DNA of 64,000 nucleotides from a virus: positions 64,001-128,000 of the IMG/VR virus record IMGVR_UViG_3300031950_000001. One strand, given 5' to 3'. Shown here in pieces: positions 20,778 to 30,269 of the stretch. The notes below the pieces were generated by a model. It had not been told where the DNA came from, searched no databases, and was given only the letters and a program-made list of their open reading frames with translations. The translations under genes and the position numbers were made by a program. Position 1 is the first letter of the stretch. The number at the start of each line of letters is the position of its first letter.

Positions 20778-22004
20778 CTAAACCACGGCAGGTTTGGTAG
20801 GCTGCCTTTCTTCAGCCAATTTTGACGCTTCATCCAGAACTGCCCCGAAGGGTCTTACGTCCTGTCCACGTCCGTTTAGAGAGTCCGTGAACCCACTCCG
20901 GCCTCTGTTGATCAAACGTAACGCTTCCCGCTCAATGTTCCGAGCGGCGTTCAAATCCCTATCAGCGGTATACCCGCACTCACAAACAAACGTTCGGTCA
21001 CTCAGTGCCAAGTCTGATTTGACTACACCACACATTGGGCATAGCCGACTAGAGGGGAAGAAGCGGTCAACTTTTACCAATACGCCGCCGTACCACTCGG
21101 ATTTGTATCGTAACTGTCGTACAATCTCGCCAAGCCCAGCATCGGAGATTAGCAGGGCCATGCGGTGGTTACGCAGCATTCCGGCGACATTCAAATCTTC
21201 CACGCCGATAATCCGATAGGTGCGGGCGATCTCGGTCGTCATCTTGTGCAGATAATCCAACCGCTTGTTGGCTATCCGACGATGTAGCGTCGCCAACTTC
21301 TTCTTGGTGCGGTTCCAGCGACCGCTTCCCTCTTGTCGGCGGGATAGTTCGCGGCTCAGACGCTTTAACTTTCTCAGTCTTGAGCGTAGCAGCACTTGGT
21401 TCTCGTACCGCTTGCCATCTGAGAGAACAGCCAAAGTCCTGACGCCCACGTCTATCCCGACTGCCCCTTGTGGGTGCTTGTGTTCTGGTGGTTCGATTTC
21501 TACATTGACAGCAGCATACCAATGCCCTGCGTTCTCCGAAATAGTAACTGACTTGATTTCACCGTTAAACCTCAACACCTCGGCCATATTGATTGGTTTA
21601 TCTAACTTTTCCAACTTGAGCCAATGGCCGTCAATACGAACCCGTGTCCCGTCCATTCTGAAGGATAATTTGGATCGTTTCTTGGACTTGAACCTGGGAT
21701 AGCCCTTCTTAGTATCGCCATTCTTGCACCGGCGAAAGAACCTCGTGAATGCGTCATCAAGATTCCGAAAGCCAGTTTCTACAGCGCATTTAGAAACGTC
21801 CAGGGCCCAGGGGAACTGCTTGCGCTTGATGGCGTTGAATTGCCTTTTCAAGGTATAAGCTGATGGTTTCCTGCCAGCGGCATATTCTTTCTGCCACTCG
21901 GCCAAACCCCAATTGAAGGCAAATCTTGCCGTTCCGCAAGCCTTGCGCAGGTACTCGGTCTGTTGAGGCGTGGGATTAAGTCTGATTTTATGTGCTCGCT
22001 GCAT
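20778..22004 (-). CDS. tnpB: RNA-guided endonuclease TnpB
   Basis: HTH start (AHKIRLNPT), RuvC motifs GIDVG, VEDL and DRDLNAA, zinc finger CPMCG/CECG. Confidence 0.95.
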   Translation of the reverse strand: MQRAHKIRLNPTPQQTEYLRKACGTARFAFNWGLAEWQKEYAAGRKPSAYTLKRQFNAIKRKQFPWALDVSKCAVETGFRNLDDAFTRFFRRCKNGDTKKGYPRFKSKKRSKLSFRMDGTRVRIDGHWLKLEKLDKPINMAEVLRFNGEIKSVTISENAGHWYAAVNVEIEPPEHKHPQGAVGIDVGVRTLAVLSDGKRYENQVLLRSRLRKLKRLSRELSRRQEGSGRWNRTKKKLATLHRRIANKRLDYLHKMTTEIARTYRIIGVEDLNVAGMLRNHRMALLISDAGLGEIVRQLRYKSEWYGGVLVKVDRFFPSSRLCPMCGVVKSDLALSDRTFVCECGYTADRDLNAARNIEREALRLINRGRSGFTDSLNGRGQDVRPFGAVLDEASKLAEERQPTKPAVV

Positions 22005-22599
22005 CGGAGCTTTCCTTCTGCCTGCGCCCGCCTCGTGCTCCATATAACCGAGACGAAAAACTTACAATGATCGTCAGAATATCCTCAATCAACTCTTCGT
22101 GCTCGTTCTTCTCTTCCGCTTCTTCCAGAACTTCTACTCTGCAACCTACGCCATTGAAGAATCGCTCAATGGTTCGGAAACCAAAGCGGGTCAATCTATC
22201 TCGATGTTCAACTACAACCTTTTTGATTTTACCTTTGCAAGCCGCGTCTATGATCTTGAAGAACTGGCGGCGATTGTCGTTTAGACCAGAAGCAATCTCG
22301 GAACAGTCTAACACAATGCGATAACCGCGCTCCCTACAGGCTTCTATCAGCCTTTCATGCTGGCGGGTAAGATTCTCTACTTGCTTTTGTGTAGATACAC
22401 GAGCATACAAGGCTACGTCCTTCTCGGTTACAGTAACACCATCCGATATAGACAGGAGCTTTTCAATCTCGGCACTATCATAGCGACGATGCCCGCCAGC
22501 AGTACGGTGTTCAGTCAGCTTTCCATCCCTGAGCCACCGATGCAAGGTGGTCTTGGAGAGCCGATACTTCTGCTCGACTTCCGATTGCCTCAACAACAT
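21988..22599 (-). CDS. tnpA: IS607 serine transposase TnpA
   Basis: MerR-like HTH (TLHRW...GGHRRY), YARVST, DRLTRFG, FSSRLYG. Confidence 0.95.
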   Translation of the reverse strand: MLLRQSEVEQKYRLSKTTLHRWLRDGKLTEHRTAGGHRRYDSAEIEKLLSISDGVTVTEKDVALYARVSTQKQVENLTRQHERLIEACRERGYRIVLDCSEIASGLNDNRRQFFKIIDAACKGKIKKVVVEHRDRLTRFGFRTIERFFNGVGCRVEVLEEAEEKNEHEELIEDILTIIVSFSSRLYGARGGRRQKESSDAAST

Positions 22600-22732
22600 C
22601 AGCCATTACCTCATTCAGCCAAGTCTCATAGTCCTGTTTGTCCGGTACGGATTCAAATGGCGGGTCAACCTCGATTCTTTCACCGTTGACCAGTACGTAA
22701 TCCTCACCAATTTCATTTATAGTATAGCGCAT
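22511..22732 (-). CDS. small ORF in the IS left end
   Basis: 73 aa; AAGGAG RBS; overlaps tnpA. Confidence 0.35.
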   Translation of the reverse strand: MRYTINEIGEDYVLVNGERIEVDPPFESVPDKQDYETWLNEVMADVVEAIGSRAEVSALQDHLASVAQGWKAD

Positions 22733-23459
22733 CTTTGTCTCCTTGTCAAGTGTTATTGGTATGTTTGTAGCGGTATAGTCAGTTATTTGAAAACAGCTTT
22801 AACCTCCAGCAAGACGTGAAGCGGGAAGTCAACGACGAAGTCAAGGTTGAAATTTTCCGCTACACGCAAGGAAGTCGTCAAGACTTTAGTGACGCTTGTC
22901 AGGCGGAAATTGTAGCCAATTCGAAAGAAGAGGATTTGGCACTTTTACGCCTTAAGACCTCCCGCAAGATCGATCACGTCGCGAAAATGCTTCCCGAAAA
23001 CGTCAGGGTTTACATTTTCCAGCCGATCTATGCGGTAGGATGCTCGCTGCCGCATCCGCCGATTGCAACAAAGGGCGAGATTAACTATCTCGATGACGTT
23101 ATTGATAAGCGTACTTATTGGATGGGAACGGCCAACATCGTCTTCGGTAATAGCGGTGGCGCCGTCTTTACCGAACATAACGGGGACTATTATTTCATTG
23201 GCGTCCCTAGCCGGGTTGCCGGCAGCTGGACGCAGATCTTCCCTCATATGGGATGGTTCATCCCGATCACGCGAGTTAGAAACTGGGCTAAGGCCGAGCA
23301 TCTTGAGTTTCTGATTGATCCGAAGGTCAAGCCTTCGGATTGCTTTGCCAAGCGCGAGCAATTGCGCAAAGAAGCCGAACTGCGGATTTCGGCACAAAAG
23401 AAAGGCGAGCCAACTCCAGCGCCGAAGCCTTAAAACAATCTGATTAGCATTTCGACTAA

Positions 23460-23511
23460 AACAAAAAACGTCCAGCCACGCTGTTTTGTGACTGGTTGGA
23501 CGTTTTTGTTT
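23460..23511. terminator. probable bidirectional terminator
   Basis: AAAAACGTCCAGCCA...TGGTTGGACGTTTTT hairpin flanked by A and T tracts. Confidence 0.6.
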
Positions 23512-23615
23512 CAACGGCATTTCGTTGAGTCGATCTGGACGTGACTCTTCGTTTGAGATCGTCTTCACGACGATCTCGTTCTTCGTTATTCCCGCTTTCA
23601 CGAGGAGGCTTTCTT

Positions 23616-24296
23616 GTGACTCGTGTTATGTTCGAGGGGGTTATCGTATACCCCAATCAGATTTCTTGCGACCGTATTAAAAAGCTGCTCCAGTCTTACA
23701 TGGACGAGACGGGGTCGTATATCGTTACGGATAACCAGCCATCCGCCGTCTTTGTAGACACCGCCATTGTGTTTCCTGGCGATTACTATGACGGCTTTGA
23801 TGACCTTGTCCCGGAGCTGTTTTATAACGGAGAAGGATGGTTGTTATGGCACACACCGGCGCTCCAGCTTGTAGGCTTTATTCTCGATGGTCGCGAGATG
23901 GAAGGAACGGACTATGATTCTTACATTAAGTATGTTATAAATACAGGTAAGGTACCAAAAGTACCGCCTTCTCTAAGGCCGATTTGGCAAAGATACAGGT
24001 CGAGTCGAACGGAGCTCTATCAGCTGATTGGGCGCTATTATAAACACTCATTTCCTAATTTTGAGTTTATTGATCATTATTGCAAAGTATATGGCGGTGA
24101 TAGGAATGCGATTCTACGGTGTTGGATCGAGTCTATTGTGTGCCATAGCCGATGCTTCTTCCGACACAAATATCGTCGGGAGATAAAGCCGACGATGAGC
24201 ATTTTTAGGAAAGGCGTTAGATTATTGGACGCGCTTCTTTTGAACAAGGGCGTTACGTTGTTGGATGCACTGAAGTCGCAATCGAGCGGAAACTAA
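23616..24296 (+). CDS. hypothetical protein, diverged paralog family C copy 4
   Basis: FEGVIVYPNQIS, GWL and HKYRREIKPT motifs; GAGGAGG RBS. Confidence 0.7.
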   Translation: MTRVMFEGVIVYPNQISCDRIKKLLQSYMDETGSYIVTDNQPSAVFVDTAIVFPGDYYDGFDDLVPELFYNGEGWLLWHTPALQLVGFILDGREMEGTDYDSYIKYVINTGKVPKVPPSLRPIWQRYRSSRTELYQLIGRYYKHSFPNFEFIDHYCKVYGGDRNAILRCWIESIVCHSRCFFRHKYRREIKPTMSIFRKGVRLLDALLLNKGVTLLDALKSQSSGN

Positions 24297-24372
24297 CATT
24301 TTTACTCAAAATGGGTGGTAAGGAGTACCGCCTAAAATTTGATTCCGGAATCAAATTTTTTAGCTAGTCGCA

Positions 24373-24513
24373 TTGGGACTATTGCGGTTAAAGACCAGTC
24401 GACAGGTGCCGCATGTGGCCAAACTACTGCCAGTCGAAGCGAAGGTGTATATCTTTCAGCCGATTTATGCGGCGGGATGTTCTCTCCTGCATCCGCCGAT
24501 TGCTACGAAAGGA
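24373..24513 (+). pseudogene. fragment of a paralogous trypsin-like protease
   Basis: LLRLKTSRQVPHVAKLLP...IFQPIYAAGCSLLHPPIATKG matches 22942-23075. Confidence 0.8.
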
Positions 24514-24736
24514 CCAGAACACAAGCATCCGCATCGGATATTTGAATGCCGCTCGAAACATTGAGCGGGAAGCGCTACTTGTGATCAACAGAGGCCGGAG
24601 TGGGTTCACGGACTCTCTAAACGGACGTGGACAGGACGTAAGACCCTTCGGGGCAGTCCTGGATGAAGCGTCAAAATTGGCCGACGAACGGCGGCCTTCC
24701 ATTCCTGCCGTGGTTTAGGCAGGTTTGGTAAACCAG
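24514..24736 (+). mobile_element. internally deleted IS607 remnant (tnpB 3' end, omegaRNA region, right end)
   Basis: PEHKHP plus LNAARNIEREA...PAVV coding remnants; near-identical to 20760-20955 reverse complement, diverging after GGTAAACCAG. Confidence 0.85.
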
Positions 24737-25059
24737 TGGCAAGTGTTTGCGCCAGTAACTTGCACACAGAAGTCGCCGGTGCCGTGTCTGATATGGCAGT
24801 GGGATGCGGGGCGCATGTGTCTGCGCAATGGCAATAGTCCGCTAGTGATTCATGTGTCTGGGCGTGGGAAACCGTACTTGAGCGCATGGGATAACATGAT
24901 GCGTAATCGGTGGTCATGTCGGGAGTAAGGTGTAGTGTGGGCTGATCGGCAGGTTGGCGGCTAAGCCTGCCAATGAACCGACACCGGCGCCACCAGCGCA
25001 GCAACCGTGATCATACTTGCATAAAGAACGAGAAGGTCTATCATTTGGGAGTGCGGCCT

Positions 25060-25707
25060 GTGGCGAACTATACCATTTTTTACCGTTGTGACGATGGCGC
25101 TGGTCCGTTTTATACACCTGGTACCAATTTTTCCGGCGTTTATCGCGCGTGGTTTGATGGGCGTTATTATCGCGTAGATCATTATAGCGACGTTCCGGAG
25201 GGGGATTACCTCGTCGTAGGGACTCGGGACTATTACAGTTCCGAGTGCCCGCCAAGAGATTCCTTTACCATTTTCTATCGTTGTAGAGATAATGCAGGAC
25301 CATACTCCAGATATGGCACTAATTACTCCGGCGTTTATTACAATTGGCATGATCTGTGTCATTATCGCGTAGATCATTATAGCGATATTCCGGAAGGGAA
25401 TTACTTCTACGGCTTGGACCCGGACTATTACGGTTCCGAGTGCCCGCCAGGCGATTTTACTATTTTCTATCGTTGTGGCGATAATGCGGGACCATACTAC
25501 GCAGCTTCCACTAAGTACTCCGGCGTTTATTACTATCCGGGTGATGAGCAGTATTACCGCGTCGATCATTATAGTTGGCAGCCCGAGGGCGAGGGGCTCG
25601 CCGGCTGGCGATTGTCTTATTACGGTCCCACTTGTCCAGGCGGCCCTTCTTTTAACCCTGCTTGGGCGCTTTATACCAATACTTATATAGGGAACGGCCA
25701 TGTATAA
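25060..25707 (+). CDS. Tyr-rich three-repeat protein, probably tail-associated
   Basis: Three ~56 aa repeats TIFYRC.D.AGP....T..SGVY.....YRVDHYS..PEG; C-terminal FNPAWA. Confidence 0.7.
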   Translation: MANYTIFYRCDDGAGPFYTPGTNFSGVYRAWFDGRYYRVDHYSDVPEGDYLVVGTRDYYSSECPPRDSFTIFYRCRDNAGPYSRYGTNYSGVYYNWHDLCHYRVDHYSDIPEGNYFYGLDPDYYGSECPPGDFTIFYRCGDNAGPYYAASTKYSGVYYYPGDEQYYRVDHYSWQPEGEGLAGWRLSYYGPTCPGGPSFNPAWALYTNTYIGNGHV

Positions 25708-28018
25708 GAAAAACGATCCCAGTCCGAAACCTATCAAGGCCAAAGTCGTCAAGGCCTCTGATGGCTCCGGTATCACATCTGGAGTTACGGCGTACCACAT
25801 TACCGGTACGAGCCGTACTACCGGCAGTGGGAGCCTAACCCATATTGCGAACGGCTTATGGTCTTATACGCCAACGCAGAGCGAGACCAACTACAACGAA
25901 TTCGCAATCGAGTTTTACCATGCGGACGCCGTAGCTAGGGGTCCAATCGTTCAGGTCTTTACGTCCAGCAAGCTTGTTTCCGAATTGAATGATCTCGCAA
26001 AGACGGATATCCTCAGCGACGGCGTAGCCTTCCCAGGCGCTCGTATCGATGCGGCCATCTCTAGCCGTCTGGCTACAGGCGATAGCAGGCTCAATTACTT
26101 GGATGCCTCGATTTCGAGCCGATTGGCCTCGACGGATAGCCGACTCAACAACCTCGATGCCGCTATTTCGAGCAGGCTGGCTACGAATGATTCGAGGCTT
26201 AATAATCTCGATGCTACCATTTCGAGCCGTGCGTCAGCGACGTATTACACCAGCGAACGAGCGGCCAAACTCGATTATCTGGATGCTTCCATCAGCAGTC
26301 GACTAGCTTCGTCGGCTTATACGGCTCCGGATAACGCCGGGATTGCGGCGATTAAAGCGAAGACCGATAAGCTCACCTTTAATGAAGGGAACGCTGTCTA
26401 TGCTTATGGTTCGACGGGCGGCGCGTCGGCTGAAGAGGTTTGGACCTACTCCAATAGATCGCTCACCGATAAATCCGGATTCTCCTTAACTTCAGATTAT
26501 AATGCGGCGAAAAATGCTGCCTCTCAGTCGACGGTCGATGCGATTAAAGCGCAAACCGACAAGCTGCAATTCACTACCGAAAACTACGTAAAAGCCAAAG
26601 CGGAAATCGTCGGTGATAAAACTGGCTATGGTCTTACAACCGACTACGACCGTGCAAAAACAGCGTTGGCCGTCTCTGAATACACCGCCCCCGATAACGC
26701 AAGCATTACGGCTATTAAGACGCAAACCGATAAATTACAGTTCAATGCTGCCAATGACGTAAAAGCTACACTGGATGGCGAAACCGTTACCGTTTCCACC
26801 AATCAGGACAAGACTGGCTATTCCTTGACATCGGACTATGATGCCGCAAAAACAGCGGCTAGCCAGTCTACGGTTAATGCTATCAAGACCAAAACCGACA
26901 AACTCACGTTTAATGAATCTAATGCGGTCTATGCGTACGGACCCGCAGGGGGCGGAGCGTCTGCTGAAGAGGTCTGGACGTACTCCAACCGATCCTTGAC
27001 CGACAAGTCGGGCTTCTCGCTGACCTCGGACTACAACGCTGCGAAGACTGCCGCGTCGCAGTCAACAGTTGATGCGATTAAATCGAAGACCGATAAACTC
27101 ACATTTAATGAATCTAATGCCGTCTATGCCTATGGCTCAACTGGCGGTGCATCTGCCGAAGAAGTCTGGACGTATTCTAACCGATCTCTTACGGATAAGT
27201 CGAATTTCTCGCTTACTTCGGACTACAATGCAGCAAAGACTGCCGCTTCGCAGTCAACAGTTGATGCTATCAAGGCCAAGACGGATCGTCTGCAATTTAC
27301 GACCGACAACGACGTTAAAGCAACCCTTGACGGCGAGAAAGTTACTGTTCAGTCGAACGAAGACAAGACAGGTTACTCGCTAACCTCTGCTTATGATGCC
27401 GCCAAAAATGCCGCTTCGCAATCTACGGCTGATGCTATTAAGGCCAAAACCGACAAACTCACATTCAACGACTCGAACGCAGTCTACGCCTACGGAGCCG
27501 GTGGCGCGTCGGCAGCCGAAGTGTGGTCGTATTCGACACGATCGCTTACTGATAAGGCAGGGTTCTCGCTAACCTCCGATTATGATGCCGCCAAGACGGC
27601 TGCGTCGCAGTCATCGGTCAACGCCATTCTTAATAAGATGGCTGCAACAGTGGTGATCGTTAGTCCGCTTAATCCTGTATCCAAGCAAATAACCCTAATC
27701 AAAGGCGATTCGTACGAAGCCGAAGATAACCGTGATATACGATTTATGCTCGGTCCTACGCCAGACTTGTCTTCGTATTCACTCACATTTACAGCTGTTG
27801 AGACGGAAAGAGGCGCGTTCGTTATTGAAAAGACGCCGAGGCGTATTATACAAGATAATCATCAGATTCTATCTATCGAACTCACGTCGGCAGATACGGC
27901 TAATTTGCCCGTCGGACCGAATTCACTCGAATATAATATAAAAGCTGCAAAGAGTGACGGTGATAAAATCACACTTGTTATGGGATCGATAACGGTCATC
28001 GAAGGCCGCGTTCGATAA
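25700..28018 (+). CDS. repeat-rich tail fibre/virion protein
   Basis: LDAxISSR repeats; about five IKAKTDKL...GASAEEVWTYSNRSLT...DYNAAKTAASQS modules. Confidence 0.7.
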   Translation: MYKKNDPSPKPIKAKVVKASDGSGITSGVTAYHITGTSRTTGSGSLTHIANGLWSYTPTQSETNYNEFAIEFYHADAVARGPIVQVFTSSKLVSELNDLAKTDILSDGVAFPGARIDAAISSRLATGDSRLNYLDASISSRLASTDSRLNNLDAAISSRLATNDSRLNNLDATISSRASATYYTSERAAKLDYLDASISSRLASSAYTAPDNAGIAAIKAKTDKLTFNEGNAVYAYGSTGGASAEEVWTYSNRSLTDKSGFSLTSDYNAAKNAASQSTVDAIKAQTDKLQFTTENYVKAKAEIVGDKTGYGLTTDYDRAKTALAVSEYTAPDNASITAIKTQTDKLQFNAANDVKATLDGETVTVSTNQDKTGYSLTSDYDAAKTAASQSTVNAIKTKTDKLTFNESNAVYAYGPAGGGASAEEVWTYSNRSLTDKSGFSLTSDYNAAKTAASQSTVDAIKSKTDKLTFNESNAVYAYGSTGGASAEEVWTYSNRSLTDKSNFSLTSDYNAAKTAASQSTVDAIKAKTDRLQFTTDNDVKATLDGEKVTVQSNEDKTGYSLTSAYDAAKNAASQSTADAIKAKTDKLTFNDSNAVYAYGAGGASAAEVWSYSTRSLTDKAGFSLTSDYDAAKTAASQSSVNAILNKMAATVVIVSPLNPVSKQITLIKGDSYEAEDNRDIRFMLGPTPDLSSYSLTFTAVETERGAFVIEKTPRRIIQDNHQILSIELTSADTANLPVGPNSLEYNIKAAKSDGDKITLVMGSITVIEGRVR

Positions 28019-28051
28019 CACGAGAATTCCGTTTATCCGCTCTTGACACGG

Positions 28052-28088
28052 ACACCTCGACGGCATAGATTAGTCGAGGTGTTTTTTT
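28052..28088 (+). terminator. probable intrinsic terminator
   Basis: ACACCTCGAC/GTCGAGGTGT stem followed by a T tract. Confidence 0.65.
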
Positions 28089-28110
28089 GTCCCTGCTTGG
28101 AGGGTCTGTA

Positions 28111-29604
28111 GTGAAGGCACTAATCACGGTTGGAGGTCCTCTTATCTCTATCGCTGCCGATGAGCAGACGCCGCTTACCGGTTCGATCGTCGAAAAGATC
28201 ACCAAACCGCTCATCTTTACCAAGATTAAACTCAATTATCATCGAGGCAATCTCAACAAGCATCCGGAACGATGTGTTCTCTATCATGTTGACGAACAAG
28301 GTAAGATTTGGTGTCATCGTGGCTGGATCGACAAAATTCACCGTATGCTCTTGTCAGAGGGATATGAAGTTACTATAAAAGAGGATTGGCCGCCGCTGGC
28401 GCGACCCGACTGCTATACAGAAGATATCCAAGCGTTGGCAAATAGCCTCCAATTCCGGCCTAAACAGATTGAATGCATTGCGGCTTTGATCGCAAGAATT
28501 AGAGACCGACGAGGTGGTGTTGTTGTCGCTCCTCCAGCGTTTGGAAAGACAAAGCTCATCTCGGCGTTGTGCGTTCTCTATCCTAAGGCGAAGATCGATA
28601 TCATTACGCACGGTAACGAGCTCATTGAGGACCTTTATCGGCATGTTCTAAAGCTGACCCCGGACGTCGGTGTTATCGCCAAAGGAAGCTGCGACAAGCG
28701 TCGAGTAACGATTATCTCGGATATGAGTTTGAAGTATTCGGATGGAGACGCAGATATTGTATTGGCAGATGAAGTTCATAAACTCATGACGGATCGTGCG
28801 GTGAAGGAATTGGCAAGATACGATCACGCGTGTATGTTTGGATTTACGGCTACGCCCGACACACGGCTGGATAATGCCCATCGCCGAATGGAGGGGCTAT
28901 TTGGTCCAGTGATCTTTCAGGTCGATTGGGAAGAGGCTGTCCGGCTCGGGGTCGTTGTTCCCATTCACGTCTATATGCTTCATATCGATTCCGGTGTTCC
29001 GGTATCGAAATATTACCGCAGCCAAATTAGTATGAAACGCTTTGCGTATTGGCGAAATACGGTTCGTAATCGCCGAATTGCCGAAGCCGCCCGAAACTTT
29101 GTTAAAGCTGGGCTTCAGACCCTCATCCTAGTTGAAACCGTTGAGCATATGGTGTATCTTAAGGAGCTCCTTCCCGAATTTCAGGTCTGCTACAGCAACA
29201 TGAATTTAGACCGTCCGGCCATGAAATTCCTTCGAAGCCGCGGATTGCTGGAGAATGTTCCAAAACTTTCTTACCGCGATCGAATGGACGTCAAAGCGCG
29301 ATTCGAGAATCGTGATATAATGGGTTGTATCGCCACTACAATTTGGACGCAGGGTGTTAGCTTCGATAGTCTTCAGGTTCTTATCCGTGCTGATGGCGGC
29401 TATAGCGAGACCAATAACCAACAATGGCCTGGCCGCGTCGCCAGAATTGATCCGAAAACCAATAAATCGTATGGTATTCTGGTAGATTGCTTCGACGAGT
29501 TCGATGTTTGGACCAAGGCCAGGTCTTTCGCTCGCCTCAGGAGCTATCGCAGCAATGGCTGGCAAATCTCCCATCATCGGCCCAGTGAAACGCCTACCTT
29601 CTGA
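28111..29604 (+). CDS. superfamily 2 (UvsW/XPB-like) helicase
   Basis: APPAFGKT, ADEVH, GFTATP and QWPGRVAR motifs. Confidence 0.9.
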   Translation: MKALITVGGPLISIAADEQTPLTGSIVEKITKPLIFTKIKLNYHRGNLNKHPERCVLYHVDEQGKIWCHRGWIDKIHRMLLSEGYEVTIKEDWPPLARPDCYTEDIQALANSLQFRPKQIECIAALIARIRDRRGGVVVAPPAFGKTKLISALCVLYPKAKIDIITHGNELIEDLYRHVLKLTPDVGVIAKGSCDKRRVTIISDMSLKYSDGDADIVLADEVHKLMTDRAVKELARYDHACMFGFTATPDTRLDNAHRRMEGLFGPVIFQVDWEEAVRLGVVVPIHVYMLHIDSGVPVSKYYRSQISMKRFAYWRNTVRNRRIAEAARNFVKAGLQTLILVETVEHMVYLKELLPEFQVCYSNMNLDRPAMKFLRSRGLLENVPKLSYRDRMDVKARFENRDIMGCIATTIWTQGVSFDSLQVLIRADGGYSETNNQQWPGRVARIDPKTNKSYGILVDCFDEFDVWTKARSFARLRSYRSNGWQISHHRPSETPTF

Positions 29605-30259
29605 AATTCTTGCCACTTCGACGGTTCAAGCAAAGAATGAATTCGATCTCGAAAAGATAATCCGTGACTGCTATGTTGCAAATCGAAAGTATTACGTCGG
29701 CGATAGTCAATCCAAGTACGGAGATACGCAGACCCGATGGGACATGCCGTCCAGGAAGGACGGCCTTACCACCTGGGGCCGAATAGCTCGATTTCTTATC
29801 GAACATAATATCGATGATGTTCATCGCTATGTTCACGCCCAGTTTGCTGCCAGCGATAATCCAGCTGCACTCTACCCTCCATTTCTCATCGGCGGGAATG
29901 CCCTCAAAGCCTATCATGAGTACAATAGTACTGCGGATGAACGGCTAAGGTCGAGTCTTCATGCGGAGATCTCTCGATTTAGAACGGAAGTTGTCTTAAA
30001 CTCGAAGCCAGGTATGACTACGGAAGAGTGTTGGCGGTTTGTTTTGATGAATTCGGGCAATAGTATTTCGCCGCTCTTGCGTTATCTGTGTGCTGTCGAT
30101 ATTGGAGCTATGGATTTGGCGAAGTTTTGGTATGACGCTGCTATGTTGCAAGTCATCATGGATCCACGCGGATATATCCGCGTATGGGACGATTGTTTCA
30201 ACGGGCGTATCAAAACGTTGATTACCGGGGCCGGAATTTTGATTCCGGAATCAAAATAA
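29585..30259 (+). CDS. hypothetical replication-module protein
   Basis: ORF between two helicase genes; start uncertain. Confidence 0.6.
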   Translation: MKRLPSEILATSTVQAKNEFDLEKIIRDCYVANRKYYVGDSQSKYGDTQTRWDMPSRKDGLTTWGRIARFLIEHNIDDVHRYVHAQFAASDNPAALYPPFLIGGNALKAYHEYNSTADERLRSSLHAEISRFRTEVVLNSKPGMTTEECWRFVLMNSGNSISPLLRYLCAVDIGAMDLAKFWYDAAMLQVIMDPRGYIRVWDDCFNGRIKTLITGAGILIPESK

Positions 30260-30269
30260 GGAGTCTCCA

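Larger units (their letters stand above)
20762..22803 (-). mobile_element. IS607-family insertion sequence (tnpA + tnpB)
   Basis: Serine recombinase plus TnpB; ends flanked by a repeated CT/AG dinucleotide (20760-61, 22804-05); right end matches the copy at ~24540-24736. Confidence 0.9.
20496..23433 (+). pseudogene. secreted trypsin-like serine protease interrupted by IS607
   Basis: Signal peptide, GSG and LTNYHV (His) before the IS; DLALL (Asp) and GNSGG (Ser) after it; removing the IS restores the frame (EWSSLQQDVK). Confidence 0.88.

Noticed and set aside
20762-22803. IStron (group I intron-containing IS607)
   Set aside because: The left end is only ~200 bp with no intron core visible, and the element is antisense to the host gene.
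24725-24928. Glycosyltransferase family 8 C-terminal fragment (HVSGRGKP)
   Set aside because: Only one short motif; too weak to call.
25060-25707. DGR template/variable repeats
   Set aside because: Differences between repeats are not confined to adenines and all copies are in frame in one ORF.
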